From an uncultured Bacilli bacterium (GTDB lineage Bacteria; Bacillota_I; Bacilli_A; RF39; UBA660), in the NCBI GenBank assembly GCA_949451605.1, contig CASTSB010000003.1, forward strand, positions 33,326 to 97,325: 64,000 nt of DNA, in the 5' to 3' direction. Of this stretch, positions 29,585-39,334 are shown one piece after another. The stretch's first letter is position 1. The number at the start of each line of letters is the position of its first letter. The notes under the pieces are model-generated. The model worked only from the letters and a program-made list of their open reading frames with translations, did no database searches and was not told the origin of the DNA. Made by a program: the position numbers and the translations under genes.

Positions 29585-30703
29585 ATGAAGGAAAGAAAGT
29601 CAAACTTTGAGCTTATGAGAATTATCTCTATGTTTCTTATTGTTTTATGGCATGTTATTGTACATAGTGGAATTTTATCATGCTGCTCTGGAAATAAAAG
29701 ATTAATTATAGATTTTATATCATCTATATGCTTAGTCCATGTAAATTCATTAATTTTATTATCGGGATATTTTCAATACTCAAAAGAAAAAATTAATTTA
29801 AGTAAAATTACAAAATTAATTGGGCAAACTTGGTTTTATAAAGTTTTATTTTTGATAATAGCTATTCTAATTGGATTAACAGTTACTCAAGTAGATATTT
29901 TTGAAGAGCTTCTTCCAATAGATCTTAATAATTATTGGTTTATAAATGTTTATATATTACTATACATATTAAGTCCCTATCTGAATAGATTAATTAAAAA
30001 CATCAATTATAATGAATTTAAAAGATTACTTTTTATATTATTTATCCTTTTATCAATAATTCCTGCAGTAACGAGTCAGAAGGCTCTATTTAATGATGGA
30101 TTTTCTATTATAAATTTCATATTTTTATATTTAATCGGAGCGTTTTTAAAAAAATATCCACTTAAAGAAGGATATCATTTTAAAAATCTTACTAATAATA
30201 AATATAAGTTTTTATTAATACTTTCATTTATAGTATTAATAATTTTAAACTTAATAATTTTCTATTTTGGAAAAACATTAAATCAATATGATAGTGAAAT
30301 TTTAAAATATTTTGGAAATATTATAGAAGGAAACTATTTAAAATATTCTTCTCCTTTTGCTATTCTAATAACTATTATATATTTCTTAGTATTTGAAAGT
30401 TTAAATATAAAAAATAGAATAATAAATAAAATTTCATTAAATATGTTTGGAGTTTATTTAGTCCATGATAATCATTTTATAAGATCATTTATATATAAGG
30501 AATTAAAAATTGCTGATAAGTTTACATCATTTTCAGGTATTAAAAGTTTTGTGTATTTATTTATAATAGCACTAACCATTTTTATAATATCGCTATTAAT
30601 AGAGTATATAAGAAAAATTATAAAATATTTAATTATGAAAATTAAATTAATAAGAAATATATTTAAAAGAATAGATAATAATCTTTTAAAAATAGAAATT
30701 TAA
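29585..30703 (+). CDS. acyltransferase family 3 (AT3) membrane O-acyltransferase, paralogue 2
   Basis: SNFELMRIISMFLIVLWH and colinear similarity to 21013..22125 (LLSGYFQY, GxTWFY, LIGAxLxKYP, GxYLVH). ATG at 29585 follows GGGGGAG. Confidence 0.7.
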   Translation: MKERKSNFELMRIISMFLIVLWHVIVHSGILSCCSGNKRLIIDFISSICLVHVNSLILLSGYFQYSKEKINLSKITKLIGQTWFYKVLFLIIAILIGLTVTQVDIFEELLPIDLNNYWFINVYILLYILSPYLNRLIKNINYNEFKRLLFILFILLSIIPAVTSQKALFNDGFSIINFIFLYLIGAFLKKYPLKEGYHFKNLTNNKYKFLLILSFIVLIILNLIIFYFGKTLNQYDSEILKYFGNIIEGNYLKYSSPFAILITIIYFLVFESLNIKNRIINKISLNMFGVYLVHDNHFIRSFIYKELKIADKFTSFSGIKSFVYLFIIALTIFIISLLIEYIRKIIKYLIMKIKLIRNIFKRIDNNLLKIEI

Positions 30704-30757
30704 AAACTTTAAGTTTATATTTATACATGATATACTATTAAATAGGAGCTGTTGTAC

Positions 30758-32404
30758 ATGAAAAAAAATAAAAAAGATGAACTTAATAAAGAAAAGAAAA
30801 ATAAATTTCTTGTCATACTTTTCTTTATTGCTTTATTTATTATAGGTTTTATTGAATTGAAAAATGTTGGATTCTATAATGATGAATTAACAGAGCAAGA
30901 CATTCTTAGAATGAATATTAGAGAATATGCAGAACTTATTAGTAATGATAACGATTTAGTTAATTATTATAATAATAGAGGAATAATATCTATCTCTGAC
31001 AGTGTAGAAAAAGATCATGGTATTGCTGCTTATTTACCATTTTCTGTAGTTTTACCCATTGGAAGATTTTCAGATCAAATCTTAAGCTTTTTATGGCATC
31101 TTTACACTTATACAATATTTTTTGTTGGATGTATAATGTTTTATCTAATTATCAATCACTTATTTAAAAATAGAAAACTTTCTTTAATATCTGTTCTTAT
31201 ATATTTATTTTCACCTAGAATTTTTGCAGATGGATTATATAATAATAAAGATATAGTCTTATTATCTTTAGTTTTAGCACTAATATATTTTGGTATATTA
31301 TTTATTGAAAAGAAACAATATAAAAATGCAATCATCCTAGGATTAATAGCAGCCTTTGCATCAAATGTAAAAATAATAGGCATATTTGTTTTTGGGATTA
31401 TTGGCTTATTCTATTTAAAAGACTATATTATAAAATGCATAAAAGAAAAAAAATTAGATGTCCACGATCTTCTAGTTGGATTACTGGCTATCTTAGTAAT
31501 GATTATAACTTTTATTGCAATAACTCCTGCTATATGGGGAACTGGTAAAATAAAACTTATTGATTATTTTAATTGGGCATTAACTAACAGTACAAAATTT
31601 TCAAGATGGAACGGAACAGTACTTTTTGAAGGAATAAAATATAATTATGCTGCAGGACAAACTTTACCTATTTATTATTTACCTAAAATGATATTAATAA
31701 CAATTCCAATTTATATAAGTTTATTATTCTTTATAGGAATTTATTCTCTTATAAAAGATTTAATAAGAAAAGAGAATAGCTTAATAACTAATCACTATTT
31801 AATGATTGCTTTATGTTTAATAATACCTATTGTAATAGCTTTAATAACGCATACAAAATTATATAATGGCTGGAGACACTTTTATTTTATATATGGCTTA
31901 TTAACACTTATTTCAATAAAAGGACTAGTAACTTTACTAGATGTCGTAAAAAATAAAAAAATTGTCTATATTTTTATTACTGTAGTTTTAATATATAATA
32001 TATCTGGAACAATAATATATGGTATTAATAGTACAGGATATTATAATTTGTTAGTTAATACTAAAAGCTTGGAAGACAAATATGAATTAGATTATTATGG
32101 AGTAACTGGAAAAGGAGTATTAAGACAAGCTTTAGATAATAGTAAAAATAAAAAAATATATATTTATTCAGAAGGTTATGGATTCTCAGTTCTTGAAAAT
32201 AATTATTATCACTTATCAAAAATAGGTCAAAGTAGAATAGAACTAGTAAGAGATAAAAAAGAATTAAATAAATATAAAAAAGAAGGCAAAGAAACTTATC
32301 TTTACTATAATAATACTTATACTGGCAAGAAAATGATTAAAGGATATAAAAGAATATATACTGAAAAAGCATGGGGAAATACTATGTCAGCATTATATTC
32401 TTAG
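30758..32404 (+). CDS. GT-C fold glycosyltransferase (GT39/ArnT/PMT_2-like)
   Basis: About 11 TM segments. Acidic first loop YNDELTEQD and a soluble C-terminal domain of about 120 aa. ATG at 30758 lies 9 nt after AGGAG. Confidence 0.5.
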   Translation: MKKNKKDELNKEKKNKFLVILFFIALFIIGFIELKNVGFYNDELTEQDILRMNIREYAELISNDNDLVNYYNNRGIISISDSVEKDHGIAAYLPFSVVLPIGRFSDQILSFLWHLYTYTIFFVGCIMFYLIINHLFKNRKLSLISVLIYLFSPRIFADGLYNNKDIVLLSLVLALIYFGILFIEKKQYKNAIILGLIAAFASNVKIIGIFVFGIIGLFYLKDYIIKCIKEKKLDVHDLLVGLLAILVMIITFIAITPAIWGTGKIKLIDYFNWALTNSTKFSRWNGTVLFEGIKYNYAAGQTLPIYYLPKMILITIPIYISLLFFIGIYSLIKDLIRKENSLITNHYLMIALCLIIPIVIALITHTKLYNGWRHFYFIYGLLTLISIKGLVTLLDVVKNKKIVYIFITVVLIYNISGTIIYGINSTGYYNLLVNTKSLEDKYELDYYGVTGKGVLRQALDNSKNKKIYIYSEGYGFSVLENNYYHLSKIGQSRIELVRDKKELNKYKKEGKETYLYYNNTYTGKKMIKGYKRIYTEKAWGNTMSALYS

Positions 32405-32418
32405 GAGGTAGTAGGTAA

Positions 32419-33387
32419 ATGAAAAAAGAAGTTACATTATATATTGTTATTCCATGTTACAATGAAGAAGAAGTTCTAAATGAAACAACAAGGCAATTAA
32501 AAGAAAAAATAGAAAAACTAATTAAAAATAAAGATATTTCAGATAAAAGTCGTGTAATGTATGTAAATGATGGAAGTAAAGATAGAACTTGGGAAATAAT
32601 TGAAAAAATTAATCAAAAGGAAAAATATTTTACAGGCATTTCCCTTTCAAGAAATAGAGGACATCAAAATGCTTTACTAGCTGGCTTAATGACTGCAAAA
32701 AATTATGCTGATATAGTTATTAGTATGGACGCTGATTTACAAGATGATATTAATGCCATAGATGAAATGATAAAAAAATATAAAGAAGGTAATGAAATTG
32801 TATATGGAGTTAGAAGCTCTAGAACAAAAGATACTTTTTTTAAAAGAACCACAGCTGAAGGATTTTATAAATTTATGAAGTTGATGGGTGTAGAAATAGT
32901 TTTTAATCATGCTGATTATAGATTAACAAGCAAACTAGTTTTAGATCATTTAGAAGAATATGGAGAAGTCAATTTATTTCTAAGAGGAATGTTTCCACTA
33001 ATTGGTTATAAATCGGATAAAGTATTATATGAAAGAAAAGAAAGATTTGCTGGGGAAAGTAAATATCCACTAAAGAAGATGCTTAGCTTTGCATGGGATG
33101 GAATAACATCTTTTTCTATCAAACCTATAACTTTTGTATTCAATTTAGGTATAGCAATATTTATAATAAGTGCTTTAATGCTTTTATATTCATTAATTGT
33201 CAAATTATTAGGAAACACAGTTGAAGGTTGGACATTTATTGTTTGCTCTATATGGCTAGTAGCTGGAATAGAAATGTTCTCATTAGGAATTATTGGAGAA
33301 TATATAGGAAAAATTTATAATGAAACAAAAGCTAGGCCTAGATATATCATTTCTAGAAATTTAAATGAAGAAAAAAGTAAGAATTAG
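32419..33387 (+). CDS. polyprenyl-phosphate glycosyltransferase (GtrB/CsbB/ArnC-like GT2)
   Basis: YIVIPCYNEEEVL...VNDGSKDRTWEII...MDADLQDD, plus two C-terminal TM helices. Confidence 0.8.
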   Translation: MKKEVTLYIVIPCYNEEEVLNETTRQLKEKIEKLIKNKDISDKSRVMYVNDGSKDRTWEIIEKINQKEKYFTGISLSRNRGHQNALLAGLMTAKNYADIVISMDADLQDDINAIDEMIKKYKEGNEIVYGVRSSRTKDTFFKRTTAEGFYKFMKLMGVEIVFNHADYRLTSKLVLDHLEEYGEVNLFLRGMFPLIGYKSDKVLYERKERFAGESKYPLKKMLSFAWDGITSFSIKPITFVFNLGIAIFIISALMLLYSLIVKLLGNTVEGWTFIVCSIWLVAGIEMFSLGIIGEYIGKIYNETKARPRYIISRNLNEEKSKN

Positions 33388-33411
33388 AGTTTATTAAGTA
33401 GAGGTGTAAAT

Positions 33412-34344
33412 ATGAATAAGAAAAAAATAGCAGTTTTAATACCTTGCTATAACGAATCAAAAACTATAGAAAAAGTTATTAAGGATTATAAGTCTGTTTT
33501 ACCAGATGCAGATATTTATGTTTATGATAATAATTCAAGCGATGGAACAGATGAAATTTCAAGAAAAGCTGGTGCTATAGTTAAATATGAATATAAACAA
33601 GGTAAGGGTAATGTAATAAGGAGTATGTTCAAAGATATTGAAGCTGATTGTTACTTAATGATTGATGGTGATGATACCTATCCTAAAGAAAATGCAAAAG
33701 AAATGTGTGACCTTATATTAGAAGGAAAAGCAGATATGGTTATAGGTGATAGATTATCATCAACTTATTTTGAAGAAAATAAAAGACCATTTCATAACTT
33801 TGGAAACGTATTAGTTAGAGGATTAATTAATACATTATTTAAATCTAATGTGAGAGATATAATGACAGGATATAGAGCATTCAGTTATGAATTTGTAAAA
33901 ACATTCCCAGTATTATCAAAAGGTTTTGAAATAGAAACTGAAATGACAATTCATGCATTAGATAAAAATTTCTTATTAAAAGAAATTCCAGTAGGTTATC
34001 GCGATAGACCAGAAGGAAGCGTTTCAAAATTAAATACAGTATCAGATGGCATTAAAGTTTTAAGTACAATTGCCAGACTTTTTAAAGAATACAAACCAAC
34101 TATTTTCTTTGGCTTAATAAGTTTTGTATTTATGTTAATCTCCTTTATATTTGGAGTTCCAGTATTTGTTGAATATTTTAAGACTGGTCTAGTGCCAAGA
34201 TATCCTACACTTATATTCTCTGGATTTATGTTAATGATTTCAATTCTAATGTTTATCTGTGGAATAATATTAGAAGTTGTAGTAAAAAAACATAGACAAC
34301 TATTTGAGCTTATGCTTATAAGGACGAAAAAAAATGATAGATAA
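33412..34344 (+). CDS. second polyprenyl-phosphate glycosyltransferase-like GT2 (GtrB/DPM-synthase-like)
   Basis: AVLIPCYNESKTIEKVI...YDNNSSDGTDEI...MIDGDDTYP, plus two C-terminal TM helices. Confidence 0.7.
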   Translation: MNKKKIAVLIPCYNESKTIEKVIKDYKSVLPDADIYVYDNNSSDGTDEISRKAGAIVKYEYKQGKGNVIRSMFKDIEADCYLMIDGDDTYPKENAKEMCDLILEGKADMVIGDRLSSTYFEENKRPFHNFGNVLVRGLINTLFKSNVRDIMTGYRAFSYEFVKTFPVLSKGFEIETEMTIHALDKNFLLKEIPVGYRDRPEGSVSKLNTVSDGIKVLSTIARLFKEYKPTIFFGLISFVFMLISFIFGVPVFVEYFKTGLVPRYPTLIFSGFMLMISILMFICGIILEVVVKKHRQLFELMLIRTKKNDR

Positions 34345-34732
34345 GATATTTAAAAACAAATTATTAGCACAAATATTTAGATTTGGCATAGTAGGTGGAT
34401 TAGCTTTTGTAGTAGACTTTGCTGTATTAACATTCTGTGTAGAAGTACTTAATTTATCAGAAGCAATCGGTACAGCTTTAGGCTTTACTATTTCAGTAAT
34501 ATTTAATTATATTTTAAGCATATTCTGGGTATTTGATGTTAATAAAGAAAAATCACAGAAAAAGAATTTTGCTATATTTATAATTCTTAGTATAATAGGA
34601 TTACTTCTTACTGAACTAATAATGTGGCTAGGATCTAAAGTCATGGGAATTGATTATAGAATAGTAAAAATAATTGCCACTGCCATTGTAATGGTATTTA
34701 ACTTTATAACAAGAAAAATTTTCTTAGAATAA
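34334..34732 (+). CDS. GtrA family membrane protein (putative lipid-linked sugar flippase)
   Basis: 132 aa with four TMs. FRFGIVGGLAFVVDFAVL GtrA signature. Overlaps the upstream GT2 by 11 nt. Confidence 0.8.
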   Translation: MIDKIFKNKLLAQIFRFGIVGGLAFVVDFAVLTFCVEVLNLSEAIGTALGFTISVIFNYILSIFWVFDVNKEKSQKKNFAIFIILSIIGLLLTELIMWLGSKVMGIDYRIVKIIATAIVMVFNFITRKIFLE

Positions 34733-34747
34733 TATAGATAGTCAACA

Positions 34748-34777
34748 AAAAGTGTTGACTATTTTTAGTTGTCTTTA
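34748..34777 (+). terminator. intrinsic terminator closing the polysaccharide locus
   Basis: ATAGTCAACA-AAAAG-TGTTGACTAT (10 bp) followed by TTTT. Confidence 0.7.
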
Positions 34778-34831
34778 TATATCTGAAAATACTTGCAAAT
34801 ATATATAATAAGAATAATAGAGGTGTTACAA

Positions 34832-35503
34832 ATGAATAATAAAAAACTATTGATAATCATTTTATGTGTGAGTATATTCATACTTTCAATAGGACTTGCT
34901 ACTTTTTCATCTCATTTAAGTATAAAGTCAAGCACAACAGTATCACCAAATCCAGATAACTTTAAAGTAATAGCATCAGCATCAGAAACAGATACTAATG
35001 AAAATATATTGATTCCAAATATTGCAAGATATTCTAGCGCTCCTTCTGATACTCCACTTACTCAAACTGGAACTAATGCAATTATTAAAAATGGACAAAA
35101 TGAAATTAATATTGAAAATTTGTCTATATCATTTGATACCCCTGGTCAAATCGTTAATTATACATTTTATATACATAACATAGGAAGATATAGAACTTAT
35201 CTAAAGTTACATCAAGAGAGTACTAACCCAAAATGTACTGCCTTAGAAGGTACTAATCCAGAAATTATTAAAAAAATATGTCTAGAAGAAATGATTACAA
35301 GTATTTTTTACCGTAATAATGAAACTAAAAGCTGGCTTTGGCTTAATCATAGTGTTAAAAATGTATTTATAGAGCCAGGAGAAGTTATGAAGCTTATGAT
35401 ATCATTTACTTATAAATCAGAAAAAAATTTAAGAGCAGATGGACCATTTAATATTGATTATGGCAATATTGGAATAAATTTTTCTACTGCTATGTTTGAA
35501 TAA
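34832..35503 (+). CDS. small secreted protein with SipW-class-like N-terminus (TasA/camelysin-like candidate)
   Basis: ATG at 34832 follows AGAGGTG. MNNKKLLIIILCVSIFILSIGLATFSSHLSIKS, then a beta-rich domain of about 190 aa. Flanked by terminators on both sides. Confidence 0.45.
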   Translation: MNNKKLLIIILCVSIFILSIGLATFSSHLSIKSSTTVSPNPDNFKVIASASETDTNENILIPNIARYSSAPSDTPLTQTGTNAIIKNGQNEINIENLSISFDTPGQIVNYTFYIHNIGRYRTYLKLHQESTNPKCTALEGTNPEIIKKICLEEMITSIFYRNNETKSWLWLNHSVKNVFIEPGEVMKLMISFTYKSEKNLRADGPFNIDYGNIGINFSTAMFE

Positions 35504-35509
35504 AATTTA

Positions 35510-35537
35510 AAACTACTTATTAAGTAAGTAGTTTTTA
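35510..35537 (+). terminator. intrinsic terminator
   Basis: AAACTACTTA-TTAAG-TAAGTAGTTT (10 bp) followed by TT. Confidence 0.65.
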
Positions 35538-35568
35538 TATAGTTAAATTTGAAAAAAATTACAAAATA

Positions 35569-35577
35569 TGATATAAT
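35569..35577 (+). promoter_or_regulatory. extended -10 element TGATATAAT
   Basis: 26 nt upstream of the L,D-transpeptidase ATG at 35603. Confidence 0.45.
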
Positions 35578-35602
35578 AAGGCAACTATTAGGGGGATAAT
35601 AT

Positions 35603-36700
35603 ATGAAATTAAAAATAACTAAAAATCTAGTTCCTGTTTTATTAGTAGGAGGAATACTAGTATACGGAGCATCAAAGACTCTTAAGCCAAACAATAAAGA
35701 AAATAATAATATTGTTAATCAAATAGTTGAAGAAGAGATAACAAATGAAGAGAAAACAATTGAAAACATTGTTAATCAAGTAATAGAAGAATCTATAAAA
35801 GAAGAAAAACCAAAACAAGAATCAATTGTAGAAAAACCAATTAAAGAAGAAGCTAAAATAGAAGCAATAAATGGATTAGAAATAGAAACTAAGAAAGTAG
35901 TAACTGCAACAACTACTGTTAATATAAGAGAAGCTGCAACAACTGATAGTAAGAAACTTTCAACACTAGGTAGTGGAAATTCGCTAGATTTAATTTATGA
36001 AGCAAATGATGAATGGTATAAAGTAAAATATAATGAAGGTGAAGCTTATATCTCTAAAGCTTATTCCAAAGTAGAAGAGAAAAAAGAAATTCTTAATCCA
36101 TTAGAAAAAATAGTTTACTTTACAAAGGATTCAAACTTATTTGATAATTCTTCTAAAGAAGTAATCCAAAATATTCCAAAATTAGAAGCAGCAAAAGTAT
36201 ATAAAGATTTAGAAGATTATTATATAGCAGAGGTAAATGGCAACATTGGATTAATAAGTAAAAATGATACTGAAGATTTAAAAGATACATTTGTTATTGT
36301 GGATATTTCAGATCAAATGGCTTATCTTTATGAAAATAACGAATTATTAGTAGAAACAAAAGTAGTAACAGGTAAACCTTCAACTCCAACAACAAAAGGT
36401 TTACATGAAGTTTGGGATATCTCTGCAAATAGATATTTAAGAGGTGCAGACTACAAGGTGTATGTTGATGTAATGATGGCTTTCCATAATGGAGAAGGAT
36501 TACATGATGCAGAATATCATACTCATTATAATCAAGATGGAACTAAAGCATTTAGTCATGGTTGGAGAGGAAGTAATTCCTTTGGTGGAGACTTATATAA
36601 AACAGGTGGTTCCCACGGATGTGTAAATATGCCACATGATGCTGCTATGACAATGTATAATAAAATAAAACTTAAAGATAAAGTTTTAGTAAAAGAATAA
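35603..36700 (+). CDS. L,D-transpeptidase (YkuD family) with SH3b-like domain
   Basis: N-terminal TM, Glu/Lys-rich spacer, SH3b-like VNIREAATTDSKKLSTLGSGNSLDLIYEANDEWYKVKY, and YkuD catalytic box GGSHGCVNMP. Confidence 0.8.
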   Translation: MKLKITKNLVPVLLVGGILVYGASKTLKPNNKENNNIVNQIVEEEITNEEKTIENIVNQVIEESIKEEKPKQESIVEKPIKEEAKIEAINGLEIETKKVVTATTTVNIREAATTDSKKLSTLGSGNSLDLIYEANDEWYKVKYNEGEAYISKAYSKVEEKKEILNPLEKIVYFTKDSNLFDNSSKEVIQNIPKLEAAKVYKDLEDYYIAEVNGNIGLISKNDTEDLKDTFVIVDISDQMAYLYENNELLVETKVVTGKPSTPTTKGLHEVWDISANRYLRGADYKVYVDVMMAFHNGEGLHDAEYHTHYNQDGTKAFSHGWRGSNSFGGDLYKTGGSHGCVNMPHDAAMTMYNKIKLKDKVLVKE

Positions 36701-36706
36701 TAATAG

Positions 36707-36760
36707 AAATAAGCACTTGTGAACTATTTTGATTCACTTAAATGTTGCTTATTTTTTTAT
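36707..36760 (+). terminator. compound hairpin terminator
   Basis: Outer arms AAATAAGCA / TGCTTATTT enclose an inner GTGAA...TTCAC hairpin, followed by TTTTTT. Confidence 0.5.
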
Positions 36761-36778
36761 TTATTATTTTGTATTAAA

Positions 36779-36787
36779 TGATATAAT
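36779..36787 (+). promoter_or_regulatory. extended -10 element TGATATAAT
   Basis: 27 nt upstream of the lipid kinase ATG at 36814. Confidence 0.45.
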
Positions 36788-36813
36788 AAAGGCATAAAGG
36801 GAGATAGATTTAT

Positions 36814-37740
36814 ATGAAAAAGTGCATAATTATCATGAATCCTGCTAGTGGTAAAGGAAAAAATCAAGATAAAATCAAAAATATCTATGATATTTTAAGA
36901 AAATATGATTATAATGCGGAAATAAAATACACTAATAAAAAGCATCATGCTATAGAAATTGTTGAAAACTTAGATGATGATATAGATTTAGTTATTAGCG
37001 CAGGTGGAGACGGTACACTAAATGAAGTAGTAACTGGAAATTTAAAGAGAAAAACACCACTTACTCTTGCTAATCTCCCACTAGGAACTACAAATGATGT
37101 TGGTAATATGTATGGATTAAGAGGAAATATTTTAAATAACTTAGAAGAAATATTAAAAGGCAAAAAAAAGCAAATTGATGTTATAAAAATAAATAAAGTA
37201 CCATTTGTATATATTGCATGTCTTGGGGATTATATAGATATGGCTTATAATACGCCTAGAGATCTAAAAAAGAAATATGGAAAAATTGCTTATATTCTTT
37301 ATGGCTTAAAACAACTAAGAAATAAGATCCATAAATATGACATAAAATATAAAATAGATGGAAAAGAATATACAGGAAATTATTCTTTTATATTTATAAC
37401 TAATTCTTCAAGAGTAGCAGGAGTAGATGATATTTATTATGATGTAAAACTAAATGATAATAAATTTGAAGTAGCACTAGCAAATGTTAAAGATAAAAAA
37501 GACATGTTAAAAATGCTAGTTTTAATAAATACTAAGGATTTAAAAGATATTCCTGGAATTACATATTATCAAACTGATAACTTAGAAATAGAATTTCTTG
37601 ACTCTCCAAAAACTTCTTGGTGTATTGATGGAGAAGAATTAAAATCAAGTAAAATGAAATTTAAATTTGAAATTGATAAAAGAACAACGATGTTAATGCC
37701 AAGAGAAAATATAAAAAAATTATTTGAAAATGAAAAGTAA
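36814..37740 (+). CDS. diacylglycerol kinase family lipid kinase (DagK/YegS-like)
   Basis: IIMNPASGKGK...ISAGGDGTLNEVVTG (DAGK catalytic domain). Confidence 0.8.
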   Translation: MKKCIIIMNPASGKGKNQDKIKNIYDILRKYDYNAEIKYTNKKHHAIEIVENLDDDIDLVISAGGDGTLNEVVTGNLKRKTPLTLANLPLGTTNDVGNMYGLRGNILNNLEEILKGKKKQIDVIKINKVPFVYIACLGDYIDMAYNTPRDLKKKYGKIAYILYGLKQLRNKIHKYDIKYKIDGKEYTGNYSFIFITNSSRVAGVDDIYYDVKLNDNKFEVALANVKDKKDMLKMLVLINTKDLKDIPGITYYQTDNLEIEFLDSPKTSWCIDGEELKSSKMKFKFEIDKRTTMLMPRENIKKLFENEK

Positions 37741-37748
37741 GTGATAAA

Positions 37749-38549
37749 ATGAAAAAAAATAATAATAGAAAAATAAAAAAACAAGGAAAAATTACTATAA
37801 ATATTGTAGTTTTCTTGATATTAAGATTTTTAGTAATCTTATGTATGGTTGCACAAGGTCTTCATGGAAACTGGAATAATGTATTTTTATGTATATTAAC
37901 TCTTATTTTATTTACATTGCCACAAGTAATAAGTAATAGATTAAATGTGGATTTACCAAAAACTTTAGAAATAATTATCTATTTATTTATATATGGTAGT
38001 GAAATATTAGGCGAAATTCAAAACTTTTATGGAGTATTTACTCATTGGGATACAATTCTTCATACTTTAAATGGTTTCCTATGTGCAGCAGTTGGTTTTT
38101 CTTTAGTAGACATCTTAAATAGAGAAGAACATAAATATATTAGTATGACTCCAGGGTTTGTAGCACTAGTATCATTTTGTTTTTCCATGACTATAGGAAT
38201 ACTTTGGGAATTCTTCGAGTTTGGTGCGGATTATTACCTAAAAACAGACATGCAAAAAGATAGATTTATTACAGAAATAAACTCAAAAGAGATAGGAAAT
38301 AAAGAAGGAAATGAAAAAATAAAAATAGATAATATTAATAAAACAGTTATCTATTATGATAATGATAAAATATTTACAATTGAAAATGCTTATTTAGATA
38401 TAGGAATAATTGATACTATGAAAGACTTATTTGTAAATTTTTTAGGAGCAGTCATATTTTCTATATTAGGTTATCTTTATATAAAAGATCGAGATGAATA
38501 TAAATTTATTGAAAGGTTTATTCCAATAACCAAGAAATTACAAGAATAA
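37749..38549 (+). CDS. hypothetical polytopic membrane protein
   Basis: About six TMs. HWDTILHTLNGF motif faintly reminiscent of DUF2238/YjdF-type proteins. Not confidently assigned. Confidence 0.45.
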   Translation: MKKNNNRKIKKQGKITINIVVFLILRFLVILCMVAQGLHGNWNNVFLCILTLILFTLPQVISNRLNVDLPKTLEIIIYLFIYGSEILGEIQNFYGVFTHWDTILHTLNGFLCAAVGFSLVDILNREEHKYISMTPGFVALVSFCFSMTIGILWEFFEFGADYYLKTDMQKDRFITEINSKEIGNKEGNEKIKIDNINKTVIYYDNDKIFTIENAYLDIGIIDTMKDLFVNFLGAVIFSILGYLYIKDRDEYKFIERFIPITKKLQE

Positions 38550-38566
38550 GTAATTTCTTTTTTTTA
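38532..38566 (+). terminator. intrinsic terminator
   Basis: AAGAAATTA-(10 nt)-TAATTTCTT followed by a T7 run. The stop codon lies in the loop. Confidence 0.55.
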
Positions 38567-38610
38567 TATTTTTATGTTATTATATAAGAAAGAGAATAGA
38601 AGGTATTTTT

Positions 38611-39327
38611 ATGAGAAAGAGAAAGAAAAAAATAAATACTAAGCGCCTTACAATAAAGTTTTTATTATGCATTGTCTACTTAATAATTATAACTCTACTT
38701 ACTGTGTGCTCATATCGTCTATTTGAACAGAAAAAAGAGATAACTCCATGGGATGAAGTCGCAACTATAGATGAATATACATTTATAGAAATATCTAAAA
38801 TGTCAGAAAAATTTGCTTATTATGAAAATGAAAATATAGGTCTTCACTTTGTAATTGAAGAAAAAGAAACAGGTGAATGGTTCACATACGTTATCGCTAT
38901 AAATGAAGATAATTACAAATATTATAAAGACATAATCGATTATTCTTATGAAAGAACTACAAAAGAACCTGATAAAATAAAAGTATATGGTTATCCTAGT
39001 ATAATGAATGACGAATTAAAAGAAATGATAGTAAAAAACATAAAAAAATTTCTTCCTTCTAATAATGAAGTAACTATTACAAAAGAAAATTTAGAAGAGT
39101 ATTTAACTAATTCTTTTCTAGATTCTACAATTAAAAGAAAAGATAATTTTAATGGCATTCTATTTATAAGTCTTTTATTATTATTTGTAATGATTATATT
39201 ATTAATATTTACTATTTTTGATAAGGATAAGATTGTAGATAATATAGAAAGCAAAGTGGAAGACGTTGAATATAAAACTAAGAAAGTTTTAAAATTAAAA
39301 ATATTTAAAGGTAAAAAAAATAAATAG
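38611..39327 (+). CDS. hypothetical protein with N- and C-terminal TM segments
   Basis: ORF with RBS-like AGAAGG. TM at residues ~15-35 and ~185-205. No motif recognised. Confidence 0.45.
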   Translation: MRKRKKKINTKRLTIKFLLCIVYLIIITLLTVCSYRLFEQKKEITPWDEVATIDEYTFIEISKMSEKFAYYENENIGLHFVIEEKETGEWFTYVIAINEDNYKYYKDIIDYSYERTTKEPDKIKVYGYPSIMNDELKEMIVKNIKKFLPSNNEVTITKENLEEYLTNSFLDSTIKRKDNFNGILFISLLLLFVMIILLIFTIFDKDKIVDNIESKVEDVEYKTKKVLKLKIFKGKKNK

Positions 39328-39334
39328 AGGTGAA

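Noticed and set aside
35458-35694. 78-aa minus-strand ORF spanning the 35503/35603 intergenic region. Similarly the 72-aa ORF at 42957-43175 spanning the upp/43165 gap.
   Set aside because: They run antisense through a terminator, promoter and RBS of well-supported + strand genes. They have no RBS of their own and their translations look like non-coding sequence.
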